A stretch of DNA of 64,000 nucleotides from Octopus vulgaris (GCA_951406725.2 OX597833.1:42966001-43030000); one strand, 5' to 3'. Numbered from the stretch's first letter, positions 41,971-56,607 are shown. Notes: generated by a model not told the origin, from the sequence alone. Translations and numbers: made by a program.

Positions 41971-42355
41971 ATAGGCGCAGGAGTGGATGTGTGGTAAGTA
42001 GCTTGCATACCAACCACATGGTTCCGGGTTCAGTCCCACTGCGTGGCACCTTGGGCAAGTGTCTTCTACTATAGCCTCGGGCCGACCAAAGCCTTGTGAG
42101 TGGATTTGGTAGACGGAAATTGAAAGAAGCCCGTCGTATATATGTATATATATATATATATATATATGTTTGAATGTATGTTTGTGTGTGTTTATGTCCC
42201 CGTCACTTAGCGGTTCGGCAAAAGAGACCGATAGAATGAGTACTGGGCTTGCAAAGAATAAGTCCCGGGGTCGAGTTGCTCGACTAAAGGCGGTGCTCCA
42301 GCATGGCCGCAGTCAACCGACTGAAATAAGTAAAAGAGTAAGGGAAAAGAGAGTA
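41971..42355 (+). mobile_element. Family-B SINE, young
   Basis: Near-consensus head and tail. Confidence 0.9.
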
Positions 42356-42475
42356 TATATATATATACATATATATATATTTGTGTATAAATATGTCAGT
42401 ATGTGTATATATACGCACACAGAGATACATATACTCTCACACATGTATGTATATGTATATATATATGTATGCATT

Positions 42476-42516
<41 letters not shown>

Positions 42517-43294
42517 ACGACCTACACTTATTATAAACATGTATATATATATATATATTTCTGTATAAATGTTTGTACGTGTATACACACACAGAGATAA
42601 ACACAGACTCATACATATATGTATATATATATATATATATATATAACTTATAAAATAAGGGCAAAAGAAAAATTATAATGCCAAATATGCCGAAAATAGA
42701 CAAATTGTCAATAACCATTATAATTTATGTGTCTCGAAACAAGCCGATAGAAATTTCTGAAAAATTCCGCTATATATATATATATATTTGTATAAATATG
42801 TTTGTATGTGTATACACACACGCGCGCATGCACACACGTACTCATACACAAACACACACACACATACACACACATATATACAGAGAAAGAGAGAGGGAGA
42901 CAGAGAGAAAAGTGAGAAGGATGAAAAGAGAGAAAGAAAGAGAGAGGGAGAAAGAGAGAAGATACACAACTTTGTATGTATGTGTAAGTGCACAGTAGGT
43001 TTTTGTTTGCTAATATATGTCAAATAAACAGGAATTGCAAGCAATTCGGATGTCCTTTTGTTAAAAATTAGAGGAAAGTCATGAATTATGCAGTGTTTCT
43101 CTCTTAGACTGATGTCGTAGCACTACAATTAATTCAATCTTTGTCTGTCCCTTGACTAATGCTAGAGAAGTACTAAAGTGGTCGCCTCTGACTCTTGATT
43201 TCCAAATGTGCTCTTTAACTGGAGTCACGAGAAAAGATAATTCAATTAAAGAAACAGCATATATGTAAATGTATGTACGTACATACATACATGC

Positions 43295-43342
<48 letters not shown>

Positions 43343-43565
43343 CATAAATGAGGTACAGAGATTCTCCATGTAGGAGACACTTAGTAGTGCTCAAAAGATT
43401 CAAACTTAGTCTCAGATGTCTTTTCAGCAGATCAATTCCACAAGGGGAAGAAAGGCCATATGAGGGATCAAGTTTACCGGATATAGAAACAGTTATGCGA
43501 GTGAACAAATTAAATACATCAAATATATAAAATATAATAAATACACACACACGCGCGCGCGCGTG

Positions 43566-43602
<37 letters not shown>

Positions 43603-44616
43603 ACACAGATGCAAAACTTGTGAAAGCAAAAGGTGAAAATATATTGATTTTTATGTTAATAGGTCCAGCTTACACAGAATACAAACGACAGCAAAAATTA
43701 AAGCGGTGGAAGAAAGATGTAATAAACCCAACAGCTATTTCTGAGGCTCGGTGACCCATAATAATGTTGATAGATTTAGTTCATCACAATATGCAGCCGT
43801 ATAGATGCAGTTAACATTGGATGAGACGAACCTCTGTCATCTGGGTCAGGAAGCTCCTACATTTAAGATCTTAACGCAGAGAAGTTCAAACACAAAATGA
43901 CTTAATGTGGAGAGCTAGCTGTATTAGAGGGAGGACTGGGAGGTATGAAGACATAGAATGGTGAGAAGGTAAAAGATAGTTCAAGAAGTGTGAGGGGTTA
44001 ATAATGAGGGTACTAAGGGTGATAGTAGTAGAAGTGGATAGTAGGAAGATGAACAGGAGGGTGGGCGCAGATAGTATTTGAAGATGGTAAGAGCTTGGAG
44101 ATTAAAAGAAGACTTACTAACGAGTATAGGACAAAATGCGCAATGAGAAGAGGTACTGCTAGAGAATCATGTACCATATATGGTCCGTGAGCAGCGTTAA
44201 TATGGATACGTTGTTTCAAGACCAAGAGTCTCGTGAAGCAAGATAAAATTTACAAATTAAAGAAAATACTAGCAGTGTACTTTATAATAATATTTCTAAT
44301 ATATTACAATATTATATTATACATGCTGTAAGTAAATCTGTAAATCCATTTAAAATAAATGGTGTTATTATGGTATACTTCGCACCTTGTTAGTTACTGT
44401 AAAATAACCTACGCCTAAGTGACCCCACTAGGATAGTGTTTACACCAACCAGTTTAATTCACAATATTTGGCCACTCTTTGAAAAGAACTGGACAAATTT
44501 CGAACAACCAAGTCTGCAGAATTATACAAAGTTTACTGATTGAAGCATGATCAAAATGTTATTAAAACACAAGAAAAGCAGAGGCTTAAGGGTCCGTTGG
44601 TGAAGCTACAGCTCAC

Positions 44617-44675
44617 CTGACCCCTTTTGCTATGAACCTCGCGCCGTCGGCACTCGAGATATTTGTCTCGAAAAC
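44617..44675 (-). other. Candidate small exon (~59 nt)
   Basis: Acceptor CTACCACAG| and strong donor CAG|GTGAGC around a GC-richer unique segment; frame not clearly compatible with the other candidates. Confidence 0.25.
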
Positions 44676-45099
44676 CTGTGGTAGTTTTACACAGAAAGTA
44701 TAACTCAAAAGCCACTTTTTAAATGGAAATCCTAGAAGTTGTCTTATTCATCCACTCGTGTAATACGCCGGCATATACGGTATTTTATTTCAACCTGATC
44801 ACTATCAAACTTTCCTTTTCTATGCTGAACATTTGTAAGTTGATCTTTTCACTTCAAATGCTGGAGAACTTTCGTAAATCTCATTTAGAATCAAAAGGAC
44901 TGACAAACATAAATATATGCAGGATTCCCATCATTAATCCTTTGGATTAGTCTATTTATGATGATGTGGACTAAGATCTATACACACATATATACATACA
45001 TACATGTGTGTGTTTGTTTGTTTGTTTGTTTCTGTGAGTGAGTGAGTGAGTGAGAGAGAGAGAGAGAGAGAGAGAAAGAAAGAGAGTGCGGTGAATAAA

Positions 45100-45330
45100 T
45101 TGTTGTCTAAATTACGCAAAAATGAAAATAACACTGACATCTCATTTTAAGAATTATATTTACCAAAATTGCATAAAAATGTCTTGAAATACTAAAGAGT
45201 AATCACCATTGGTTTCAACCACGGCCTCCAGACGACTTCAGAATCCCCTGCAATTTTATTAGTCGGCCTCCTTGTTTAAGTTAGTGAATACTGCCATAAT
45301 CCTTGCCTTCAGTTCATCTTTGGTATTGCA
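45100..45330 (-). mobile_element. Tc1/mariner-superfamily transposase C-terminal relic
   Basis: CNTKDELKARIMAVFTNLNKE..CRGF*SRLEAVVETNGDY. Confidence 0.65.
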
Positions 45331-45358
45331 TGCATGTTTGAGCGTATTTATATATTGC

Positions 45359-45394
<36 letters not shown>

Positions 45395-45398
45395 ATAA

Positions 45399-45627
45399 AT
45401 ATTAGGGAATAAATCCAAATTTACAGGGAAAAAAAATCAGATTTAGGATTAAATCCAATTTTATAGTAAAATATTATAAAATATTATTAGAGACAAAACC
45501 ACTATTTTGCAAAACAAACAAGGAAAGACTTAATCAATACATAAAATTTTAATAATTTATTAAAATTTTATGTATTGATTAAGTCTTTCCTTGTTTGTTT
45601 TGCAAAATAGTGGTTTTGTCTCTAATA

Positions 45628-45637
<10 letters not shown>
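45399..45637. mobile_element. Short TA-anchored element ending in a perfect 163-bp palindrome
   Basis: Same terminus as 61954; arms 45475-45555 / 45557-45637 with a 1-nt centre. Confidence 0.85.
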
Positions 45638-45683
<46 letters not shown>

Positions 45684-46416
45684 CATAGATATGCATATAT
45701 ATATATCATGGGTGGGTTGAACCGAAAGAACACAAGGAGAAAACACAGAAAGCGGAAAACCAACAAAAAATAACATACGGAAAACTAGACGGTAACATAA
45801 AGACGGAAAAGACACAGGGAACATTCGCAGATGATTTTCTCTTCAGTCAATGTCCGGGATATCCTAGCAGTTTCACGCTTTTTAACATTGAGACTGCTCG
45901 ATCCCGGCAGAGCATTAAGTTTCTGGGAAAAGCTAACGAATGTATACAAGAACAAAAACAAGAAAGCTAATACAATACAAAGTGATGAAATAATAATAAT
46001 ACAACAATTGCAGCGTGGAAGGTGTTTATAAGCAATTTTAGAAACACACAAAAGCCGTTAGATTTACTTCAGCAATTAAATTTTATTTGCCAATATATTT
46101 TCGATGCAGCACGGAATTTTTTCAGCGAACAGGTCGCGGTCTCAAAGCGACGAAAATATTTTGGCAAATTAAATTTAAATGTTGAAGTGAATCTAACGGT
46201 TGGTGTGTGTTTCTTCTATGCTGCAATTGTTTTCGTTCCAGCACACGATCTCAGATCGGGTCACTTGCTATGCAAGTACATCTCCGTAATAATAATACAA
46301 GTGCACAGTAAAAACATTTTACATATACAAAAGAAAAAACGCTTTTCAGCTATACAACGGTGGTGGTGGGGAATAATTATACATATACAAAATAAATTAG
46401 AGGAAGAGCCTTTCGG

Positions 46417-48930
46417 CTAGCAGACGAACGCGGGAGAAATAGAAAGCCTTAACATCCTGAGCAATTGTGTCAATGCTGCGTCATCGACCAGCTCGTTTCT
46501 TGATTTCTTTAAGGCTTTAAATGTATCCACAAACCGTTTCGCTTGCCCTTTCGATCTTGAGTTATAAGGCGGCGTAGAGATGTGTTCAATAGCGTACATT
46601 TTGCAAAAACTTTTAAACTTACATGCTGTAGACTGCATACCGTTATCGGATACTATTGTGTCCGGGACACCATATTTTGCAAAGAGTTCACAAAGAAATT
46701 CTATTGTTACCGTGGAGGCTGGTTTCCTACATCTACATATTTCCGACCATTTAGTATAACTATCTACTACAATCAGGTAATATGCGCCATTTACTGGTCC
46801 AGTAAAGTCTATATGAAGCCTAATCCATGGTCTATCGGTTTTAGGCCACTGTTAGAATTTTACTGGTGGTGACTTGGCTGCAACGGCACAACCTCTGCAG
46901 TATTTCACCGACTCTTCAATACCACGGTCCATTATAGGCCAATATACATAGCTTCTCATAAGTGATTCCATTCTGGAAATCTCAGGGTGACCAATATGAA
47001 AATCCTTTAATAAATGCTTTTGTAGTGCGGTCAGCACTATAACTCTTTGTGCATACATCAACACATTGTCGCACAGTGAGAAATGATTAGTATTTGTGTT
47101 TCACAAATTTTTATTTTCTTTGACCTTCAATGTTTCTTTCTTTTTATAATGAATTTGTTGTTCTCCGACTTTGATTTTATGTCTGGTAACGTAACTGGCA
47201 GTTCACGAATGACGTTACACAAAACATTTTTAATTTCATTTTACGCGCTCGAAGTGGCAATCACAGTATCTTCGAATGGTTCCGTGTTTTTTTAAATCAG
47301 TCTTGATAGACTATCTGCATGATCTAATTTCTAGTTCAATAATATCGCCGCCCAACGCTTTAAGCTATTAGCAGTATAGGTAGGAATTCTTTTTTTCGCC
47401 CCAAATATCGCTAATAACGGTCGGTGATCAGTTAGTGGCTGAAAATTTCTACCGTGAAAAAATTTGCGAAATGTTTTCACCGCAAAAATGATCGCTAGAA
47501 CTTCTTTATCGATTTGACTATAATTGTTTTTTATTATATCAGAGAACATGAGGCATGAACCACCGCCTTCGTGTTACCATCTATATATTTACGTAGTATT
47601 ACTGCTCCTATACCGTACTACAGGATCGAAGATTGCATCTATAATCTGTTGAAAAATCGCTGGTGCGACTTTTAAACCAAATGGTAACCTGTTATATTTA
47701 TACAGTCCGTTATGACTGTTGACTGTTAGGTATTTCGAGCATCCATCGTCTACTTTAATTTGTAGGTACGCATTAGAGAGATCTAAATATCTTTCCACAG
47801 TTTAACTTCGCAAAAATATCCCCCGGAGTAAGTAGCAGATAGTGGCACGTTTTAAGAAATTCGTTTAAACTAGTGGAAAAATCAGGGCACACTGATTTTA
47901 TTATTCTTTTTCTTAATATACACAGTTGGTGCTGCCCATTTAGAATATTCCACTTTTTGGATAACTCCAATTTTTTCTAACCTCTCTAATTCTTCATTGA
48001 CTTGCTTCATCGCTGCGAAGGGTACTATTTGTTTTGTTTAAATACTTGTATAGTCTTTTCTTATATTTGAAAACACGGCTTTGTCTTGGTGCACAGCGCT
48101 ATCGGATAGAACTTCAGGAAAAATATTTTCTTTCAATTCGTCTGTGTGTGTCCCCTTCACTATCACTTGACAGCCGATGTTGGTGTGTTTACGTATATTT
48201 TTACAGAACAGATTTATGGGGATGTCCCATAAATTAACAATTCCATCCAGTCAGTACCGAACAATTTTGTTGCATTGTTTAACACGAACACTTTTGCTTT
48301 CAAGGTTTTACTTCGAAATGTAACCTCAGTTATCATTTCGCCCCCAAAATGTAATTTATTTTTCTGAGACACCTTTCCCAATTTTTGAAGATTCCATTAA
48401 TGAAGGCTTTCCTATTTTCTCCATGTGTCGGTGTTAGTAGTTGCAATATCACTGCCTGTATCTTGCTCTAACTTCACGTTCACATTATTGAATTTCATAT
48501 CCACAAACTTAGCTTTGTGAACCTCGCCTAGACTTTGTGTTGAGAAAACCTTCCCAGAATTCTTTGCGATCGACCATTTTTTCATTATGCAATGTGAGCT
48601 TTTATGACCGATTTTTTGACAGTTAAAACATTTTAAATGTTTAAACAGACGGTTATTGCTAAAATGTAGACCTCCGCACCCGTAGCATGGATTGGGTCTT
48701 GATCTTCGTTTTCCAAATTTTTATCTGTTACAGGTCAACATGCATGCATGTGAGAGTAATCTTTTATTTACATAATGTCGTAGATTAATAATTCTCTGAC
48801 ATTCCTCTGCCACTGGCTGCAGGGTCAAATTCTGGTCTTCCTCTAGTGTTGTCAATATCCGGGCATGTATTTCTGCATCTTTGCTCGCAGTTAACCTTTG
48901 AACAAAAATCAAACATTTGAACATGTCCGG
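46417..48930 (-). mobile_element. Decayed Ty3/gypsy gag-pol (gag, PR, partial RT, RNase H, integrase)
   Basis: MFKCLIFVQRLTASKDAE; CFNCQKIGHKSSHC; DTGSD; LDLSNAYLQI..YNRLPFGLKVAPAIFQ; NYSQIDKEVLAII..TDHRPL; HIGHP..YVYWP..CRGC; SDNG..PPYNSRSKGQAKRFV; YxDD region deleted. Confidence 0.92.
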
Positions 48931-48932
48931 AG

Positions 48933-49000
<68 letters not shown>

Positions 49001-49004
49001 CATT

Positions 49005-49268
49005 ATTTTAGACCTGATGAGTGACTATATTTTTAAATAGAATTAATTTTAGATCGATTTAAGTTTAAAACAGAATTGATTTTATTATTATTAATCTATT
49101 TGAAAGTATAGCCACGAAACGCGCATAGTCTTTTTACTACTATTTACTATTTATTGTTTACGTACTTTATTGATTTTTAGAATAAGGTTTTTATAGTATA
49201 TGTTTTCTATATGGTGTGAATAACGTCTTTCAATATTGAATTGTTTAACAAAGGCTTTTCTCTAAATT
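49005..49268 (+). mobile_element. Hammerhead-bearing element between (ATT)n and (TA)n
   Basis: Homologous to 28710-28940. Confidence 0.7.
49010..49131 (+). ncRNA. Type I hammerhead ribozyme motif (95-nt stem II)
   Basis: AGAC-CTGATGA-GTGACTATATTT..AAAGTATAGCCAC-GAA ACGCGCAT A-GTCT. Confidence 0.75.
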
Positions 49269-49274
49269 ATATAC

Positions 49275-49321
<47 letters not shown>

Positions 49322-49324
<3 letters not shown>

Positions 49325-49521
49325 CAGATGCTGAAAATTTCCTCTCCTGGGTAGATGCCTGACATTCCAAATGTTTTGACAGGGTTTAGTAAAAAGAAAA
49401 TGAAAAAACTGAAGGACCGCTACAAGAAGTGTGTAATTCTGAGAGGGAAATATGTTGAATAAACTCATAATCCGCCTGTATTTTCTGTTACTCCAAAATA
49501 GGAACTTTCTAGCACCGCTCG
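49322..49521 (+). mobile_element. Mariner 3' end
   Basis: KLKDRYKKCVILRGKYVE* followed by TIR-like GGAACTTTCTAGCACCGCTCG|TA. Confidence 0.7.
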
Positions 49522-49897
49522 TACATGCATATATACATCTATCTATGTATCTATGCATGCATGCATACATACATATACACACACATATACCTGCATATAC
49601 GCACGCACCCTCGCGAATACATAACATGCACGCACGCATATATTCATGGACATTTGTTTCCGGTTTTGTTGAGGAAATTTGATGCTACAAGAACTGTTGC
49701 CTGTGTATATCAATACATACATACCCATACAGACATATACACGAACCTAACACAGAATATATTGTTCGTTCTTCTCCTATTGCAATGACGTCAAAGCGCT
49801 TATTTCCGTAGAATGTTGTGTATACACCCGTCTGCCTATATTCTTTCATACGCGCACACCTATATATCCAGGTAGACTCAGACACATATACACACAA

Positions 49898-49944
<47 letters not shown>

Positions 49945-50602
49945 CACATGTTTATATATATATGTATATATATATCTATGTACAAGTATATATACGTGTA
50001 TATACATACATACATTCATACATACATACATATATATATATGCGTACACTCATACACACACATATAGATATAGAAATGGACTTATATAAATACATCCATA
50101 CACGTATATGAGATATTGCAATCTCTGTATATATTTTACATATATATATGTGTATGTATGTATGCATGTATGTATGTATGCATGCATGCATGCATGTATG
50201 TATGTATGTATGTATGTATGTATGTATGTATGTATGTGTGCATTTATGTGTGTATGTATATGCGCGTGTTCTTAGTCGAAGATGAAAGTAGGGGAGCGGG
50301 TGTATGACCTTTGCAGACTCTTGTGTGATGAGATCAATGTGGTTTGATGTTCAACTTCAACATGTGTAGGTCGACCTTTGAAGAAGAAAATTTGGGCGGA
50401 GAATAAATTCCACGGCGCTATAGTTACGCCGGAGAAGAATTAGACAAATTGTTTAGCACATGATCTGGAGAATGACGTACAGAAAAAGTGTAATGGAAGA
50501 AGGGGAGATAAGTGTTTTTTGAAAGACTGAATGGAAGCGCTATTCCATCTGTTGGATCATATATATATGAATGTATATATGTATGTATAGATAGATATCG
50601 AT

Positions 50603-50654
<52 letters not shown>

Positions 50655-50656
<2 letters not shown>

Positions 50657-52132
50657 ATAGACATATCTCTACATATACGCATATACTCATAATACATCAA
50701 GTACAGGATACTACCGACGAGTGAAAGAGGCACACCAGTAATATGTACGGGACAAATTACCAAAATATATACAATAAGAAGAGGACATCACCAACGAGTG
50801 AAAAATACGTATACACATAATGAGAGACAAGTACAGGACAAAATACCAAAAGACCCTAACCCCTCCTCACTTGTCGACTGTTAATTACTCCCTAGCTTTC
50901 AACGACAATATAGGAAAACTTCATCAAACAGCAGCATCCAGAAACAATCGACTAAGACAAAGATTAAGGGCCGTTAGGCCAAGACGCATGAAATGGGAAA
51001 CAAAGAGAGAAAAAATTTAGGGAGGCGAGAAAAAATGACGTCCAGATAAATGCGCCTCACCCCTAGAAAAGACAGAGGTACAAAGCTCTAACTCTCCAGA
51101 AATTTTATATTTTAAAAATTTCTGGATGCTGCTGTTTTATGAAGTTTTCTTATATTATTGTTGAAAGCTCGAAATAGGGAGTAATTAACAAAATATAATA
51201 CTGCTCACTTGCCCCTACCTCTCGAACACCACTATCCTTACAGGTACCCATCACTGTCCCTATCATATCACTGACTCCTTTACCTGCACTTCTAGCAACG
51301 TCATTTGCTGCATCGCCCGCTCTTTCTGCCCTTCTCTGTACATCGGTCAAACGGGACACCGCTTGGTTGACCGGTTCGCGCTATTTCCGCTCTACCGGTC
51401 ATTCACTACAACACCTGTCTGTGTTTGGATTTTCTATGCACGGGAGCCATCCGGACTCCTGCCTTCGCCGTGAACAGGAATTAATCTTCTCTCTTCGCTC
51501 CTTTGCGTCACTTGGGCTCAATTCCCCTCCTCTCTCTATTTGACTCCCCTCCTCTCACCTATTCATCTGATACCTGTTTCCTCTCTTCACTCCTACCCAC
51601 CTCTCTTCTTCTCTCTTACTCTGACACATAAATACTCACTCAACCCCTACCCACCTTCTCTCCTTATTGATACTCTTCCACCTACACTACACCCCACAAA
51701 ACCCACTTCCACATACCACACCCCTACCCCCACCCAGTCACCCCACACCACTCAACACACACAACCACTGACTACTTCACAGCATCCACACGACGCACCA
51801 TCATCTGCACACGCGCCCACCATCATTCACACACCCACACATTACAGACGCACACACAAGCGTGCACATCCATACGTCAAAGTCACTAGCCCCATATCCA
51901 CACAAACACATTTACACATTCTCACATACACACACACACACGCACATGCAACTTCCTTTTGAGATCACGAATACTTTATTATCTCCCCTTCTTTCTACCC
52001 ACTCCGGTCAAACATTTTTCCCAACCAGTCACCTTGTTTGACCACCTTCTCACTTTCGTGAGTGTCAAACTTATACACCTGCTTGTTGTTCATACATCTG
52101 TTTTCGTCTATTTGATTTCCTGTAAATTTCAA

Positions 52133-52136
<4 letters not shown>
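50655..52136 (+). mobile_element. Penelope-like element 3' part with upstream inverted terminal segment
   Basis: GIY-YIG relic SFTCTSSNVICCI..CPSLYIGQTGHRLVDRFA..RREQELIFSLRS..GLNS at ~51275-51525; inverted arms 50879-50944 / 51119-51190; ends at (TA)n. Confidence 0.8.
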
Positions 52137-52198
<62 letters not shown>

Positions 52199-52217
52199 AT
52201 GTATGTATATATACATG

Positions 52218-52262
<45 letters not shown>

Positions 52263-52457
52263 ACACACACACACAAACACACACACACACACACATATTG
52301 TCATCTTTCGCCACATTTCGCCATATTTCATTCGATAACGGCTGCCACTGATGCGCGAAGGGTTACAAATCAGACTGTTATCTAACACTCTGTTGAATCC
52401 CTAAAGCGAAACCGATTGGAAAGATAGGCCGTAGTGCATACATAATACTGTACACTT

Positions 52458-52532
<75 letters not shown>

Positions 52533-53580
52533 ATATGTCTCCTACTGCCGCTTGACAACCGGTACTAGTTTTTGTTGATGAGCCTGTAAATTAGCGGTTC
52601 GGTTAACCGGCCCCAGCACTTAAAGTACCAGACATGAAAGGTATAAATATTAAAATCGTCAGGACTGAGTTAAAACTGAACCTAAAACCCTTCGTTTTGA
52701 CGACTCGGCTGTTTGCATGCATATGCCATACGCCCACAAGGTATCGGACTGATTACATTGACTGGAAACGATGAAAATTGTTGATTAGTGTTTTAAATCG
52801 ATATTGATTAGTTTACAGAAACCATGTTTCTAGTATTTTTGATTTCCTCAGAAAATTTAAAAGATTTACTTCTGAAATCTAAGGCTCACCGATATTTGCT
52901 CATATTAATATCCACCGGGACACAGGCGCCAGGCGTTGTTCTGGATCATACAGTATAGTTACTTATTCATATTTACACCATCCACTATGCGCATATATAT
53001 ATATCTATCTATATATATATATATATATACATACACATTCTAAAGTTTAAATATTATTCTCTCTTAAAATATAGAAACAGCGGATGTTTAAAAAAATATC
53101 TATCCAGTGCAAGCGTAAGAAATGCCATGTTTTCTTCGGCAGAGAATGGAGTCAATGCACTATTCATATGTCCACCAGATGTGAAGGTCTCACTTTAAAG
53201 TGAAGCGAAGGGTGAGTATGAGAAGATATACAAGGAGGTGGAAAATGAGATGTGGGAACTCCTACTGTGAGCTGATGTACACAACACACTGCTTTTTCCA
53301 CCCTGTCTCAGGTTGTTCGGTATACTGGGTTGTATATAATACAGGTTTTTATTTAGACGCAGCTTATTAATTCATGCAAACGCTGTTCTTAGTGGTGTTG
53401 TTTAGCCACGGGTGAGCTCTGACCTTCCAGCTGTAGTCATCCTAATTTTGTATTCTTTAAAGATCATTCATACTTAAAACGGGTCGTTATCATTCGAGAA
53501 AGATTTGGCTGGTATTTCGAGCTAGTGTAATAACTGCAAACGAAGGAAAGTCTCAGCTTTTAACAAATGAGTATTTGTGT

Positions 53581-53640
<60 letters not shown>

Positions 53641-53705
53641 TTGTATAAATGTATATATATGTATGTTTGCGCAAATACTTATATTTATCTATTTGTGTGT
53701 ATGTA

Positions 53706-53739
<34 letters not shown>

Positions 53740-53888
53740 CTCACACACAAATATATATATATATATATATATATACATTGATGAATATGTGTATATGTGT
53801 ATATATATGCGTACGTGTGTGTGCGCATATATATACACATATATATGTCCATATGTACATATATACATGCATACACACACACATACAT

Positions 53889-53931
<43 letters not shown>

Positions 53932-54090
53932 AACCAGCTTAGAGAAGAAGAAACGAAACCAAACCAAACGAATCGAATCGAATCGACGCGAAGGCGCTCA
54001 GTCATACAATAGTGTAATAAATAAAATATATGCATACATACAAACATATATGTACGTACCTACATCTACATGTATATATACATGCATATA

Positions 54091-54954
54091 TCTCTTATTA
54101 TAAAAGGCAGATTTTATCTGCCTCCCTTTGTCTCTTATAGAAATCTACAATATAGGATTTCTTCAATTACAATTTACCTAGCATTTTTAAGAGTAGAATA
54201 AATCGGGTCGTGCCAGGTCCAGTTTTTAAAATTTCAACCCCAATTAAGCAAAATTTAGAGAAAACTCACATTGTGGTGTGTAAGTCAAGTGCTTTTCTTA
54301 GTGTGGGCTATAGCACACGCACACACACACACACAAAAAGGGAGCGATCTGCTTCACTCACGCTATCACTCTAATTTCTACTCCTTTCTCTTTGCAAGTG
54401 TGCAACGATTAAAGTGAAACTATTTCTATAAAACGAGAGAAGTGTACCTTAAACCACTACTAAAAAAAAACACAGCAAACAGAAACAAATAAATACATAA
54501 CGATTTACTCCTCACACAATTTCTTCAATTAGAGTTTACCCATGATTTTTCAAAGTACTTCCATTGGGTCATGCCATACAAAATTTCTTTCAATTTTACC
54601 CCCAAATAAGACAAAATTCGAGAAAACTCAATATTTTAACATTTCACTCCGAAAGCATTGATGTACATGTGTGCGTGCGTGAGTGTGTGTGTGTCATTCC
54701 TCACACACACGCATACACATACATATATGAAAGTGACAAACACAAACGTTTCAAACAACTACATACAGGACGTGTGTGTTTGTTATTAGTAAAAAAAGGC
54801 GCCAAACACAACTCATTTCTCATTCCAACACATTTGCAAAGACACACGGACGGTCGAATTGCTATAACAATACAGAAAAGGTAAATTAGTTTTTAATTTA
54901 CTTTCTGTCGTTAAATTTTGGTAGTATTAATTGGCGAGCCGAGCTTCTTTCCAG
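54091..54954 (+). mobile_element. Helitron-like non-autonomous element, family H1
   Basis: A|TC start with hairpin AGGCAGATTTTATCTGCCT; probable CCAG|T end (uncertain). Confidence 0.55.
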
Positions 54955-55148
54955 TATATATTTATACATACATAAATATATACACATATTCTGTATATAT
55001 TTTATTATATAATATTATATATAGATATATGTATATATAATTGCAGTATGAAACAGTGTTTATGTATAAACAGACGACACATATATATAGTTATTAATAA
55101 ATGTATGCATCCGTTTAAAAGAAAAACCAAAAAATATTTTATTCTTTA

Positions 55149-55682
55149 CTAGCAGTATCGCCCGGCGTTGCTCGGGTTTGTAAGGGAAATAACTATATAA
55201 GCATTTTTAGAGAGTTATAGCCAAAAAATAGCAAAAATGCATTAAAAATGGAAAAAATATGATGGTAAATTTTTTTTTAAATCGTAGACTCATGTAGACG
55301 CTTTCTTAGCCATTTCTGTTTTGGTGTCTTCAAGCCATGAAGTCGTTGTTCTAAAAGAACACTGGTCTCCTTGACAACGCATTACGACGTTGATTTCCTT
55401 ACACTCCCTTCCCCACAGGTGCAGGTGTGAGCGTGGACGCCAACTCCGCCGCCATCGACACACGAAAAATTATGCATTAAAATGGAATAAAAAATGATGT
55501 TAAATTATTTTTAAAATCGTAGACTCATCGTAGACGCGCGCTAATATTCAGACGGGCTCGATATGAATCACGACTATAAGCTACCCGAATTTGGTTAAAC
55601 TGTACCGCAAAATGTGGGAGTAGTTAGGAATCTAAATCGAAGGGGACAGACACTCACACAACTACAGTTTTATATATATAGA
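55149..55682 (-). mobile_element. Non-autonomous Helitron, family H2
   Basis: A|TC 5' end; 3' hairpin CCCGAGCAACGCCGGG then CTAG|T; no TSD. Confidence 0.85.
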
Positions 55683-55744
55683 TATACATAGCGCAGTAGT
55701 GGTGAGATATGACAGCAAAGAAAAGCATACATTCACTCTCTGCA

Positions 55745-56060
55745 TGCAATTAGACTCGGAAAGTTCGTGAGGAACCCATTGACCCAATTTGCTGACTTTT
55801 CCGATAGCACACAGGTGTCAATGAATGGTTGAATGACCAAATCCAAGCTTCTCTGCTAGTTCCTCAACAGTTACGATGATATTTTGTTCTACCAGGGTTT
55901 TCAGGATGTCCTTGTCGAGTTCTACATATCTTTCAGGATGAGGCTCGTCTTCTAGGCTGTAGTTTATGGCTCGGGATTTCTGGAACCACCATTGACACTG
56001 CCTTACGCTTATTGTCCAATCCCCATATACTGCATTAATATTTCTTGTACTTTGCACACA
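55745..56060 (-). pseudogene. Mariner transposase N-terminal relic
   Basis: RNINAVYGDWTISVRQCQWWFQK..SLEDEPHPER..TVEELAEKLGFGHSTIH*..KLGQWVPHEL. Confidence 0.85.
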
Positions 56061-56117
56061 TTTATATTCTGTTATTCTTTTATATGTTTCAGCCTTGAGG
56101 TTGTGGCCATGCTGGAT

Positions 56118-56148
<31 letters not shown>

Positions 56149-56370
56149 CTATCTGTCTGTCTGTATGTATATATGTATATGTATGTGTGTGAACAATAAT
56201 ATTTTCAACAGATGTGTTGCAAATGTATCTGATTGTTCTCAAGCTTCAATACTGTGTGTGTGTGTATGTGTGTGTGTATGTATGTATGTATATGTATGTA
56301 TGTATGTATATGTATGTATGTATGTATGTGTGTATGTATGTATGTGTGTGTGTATGTATGTGTGTGTGTA

Positions 56371-56401
<31 letters not shown>

Positions 56402-56607
56402 ATGTATGTATGTATGTATGTATGTATGAGTGTATGTTTACTTTATTACTAATTACTCTCTTCCAAGAACATTTTCACTCACTCTTAGCTCTTAGCTTCC
56501 CATACATTTTACTCATGTATCTATCAGCGTCATAGACAGAATACTTTCACTTTAGTCTTCCTCAAATCACTCTGTCGCTATTTACTTTCATTTTATTCGT
56601 TGCCCAC

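Noticed and set aside
52335-52440. Hammerhead-like CTGATGC..GCGAAAC..GTA
   Set aside because: A9 altered and stems I and III mismatched; at best a decayed copy.
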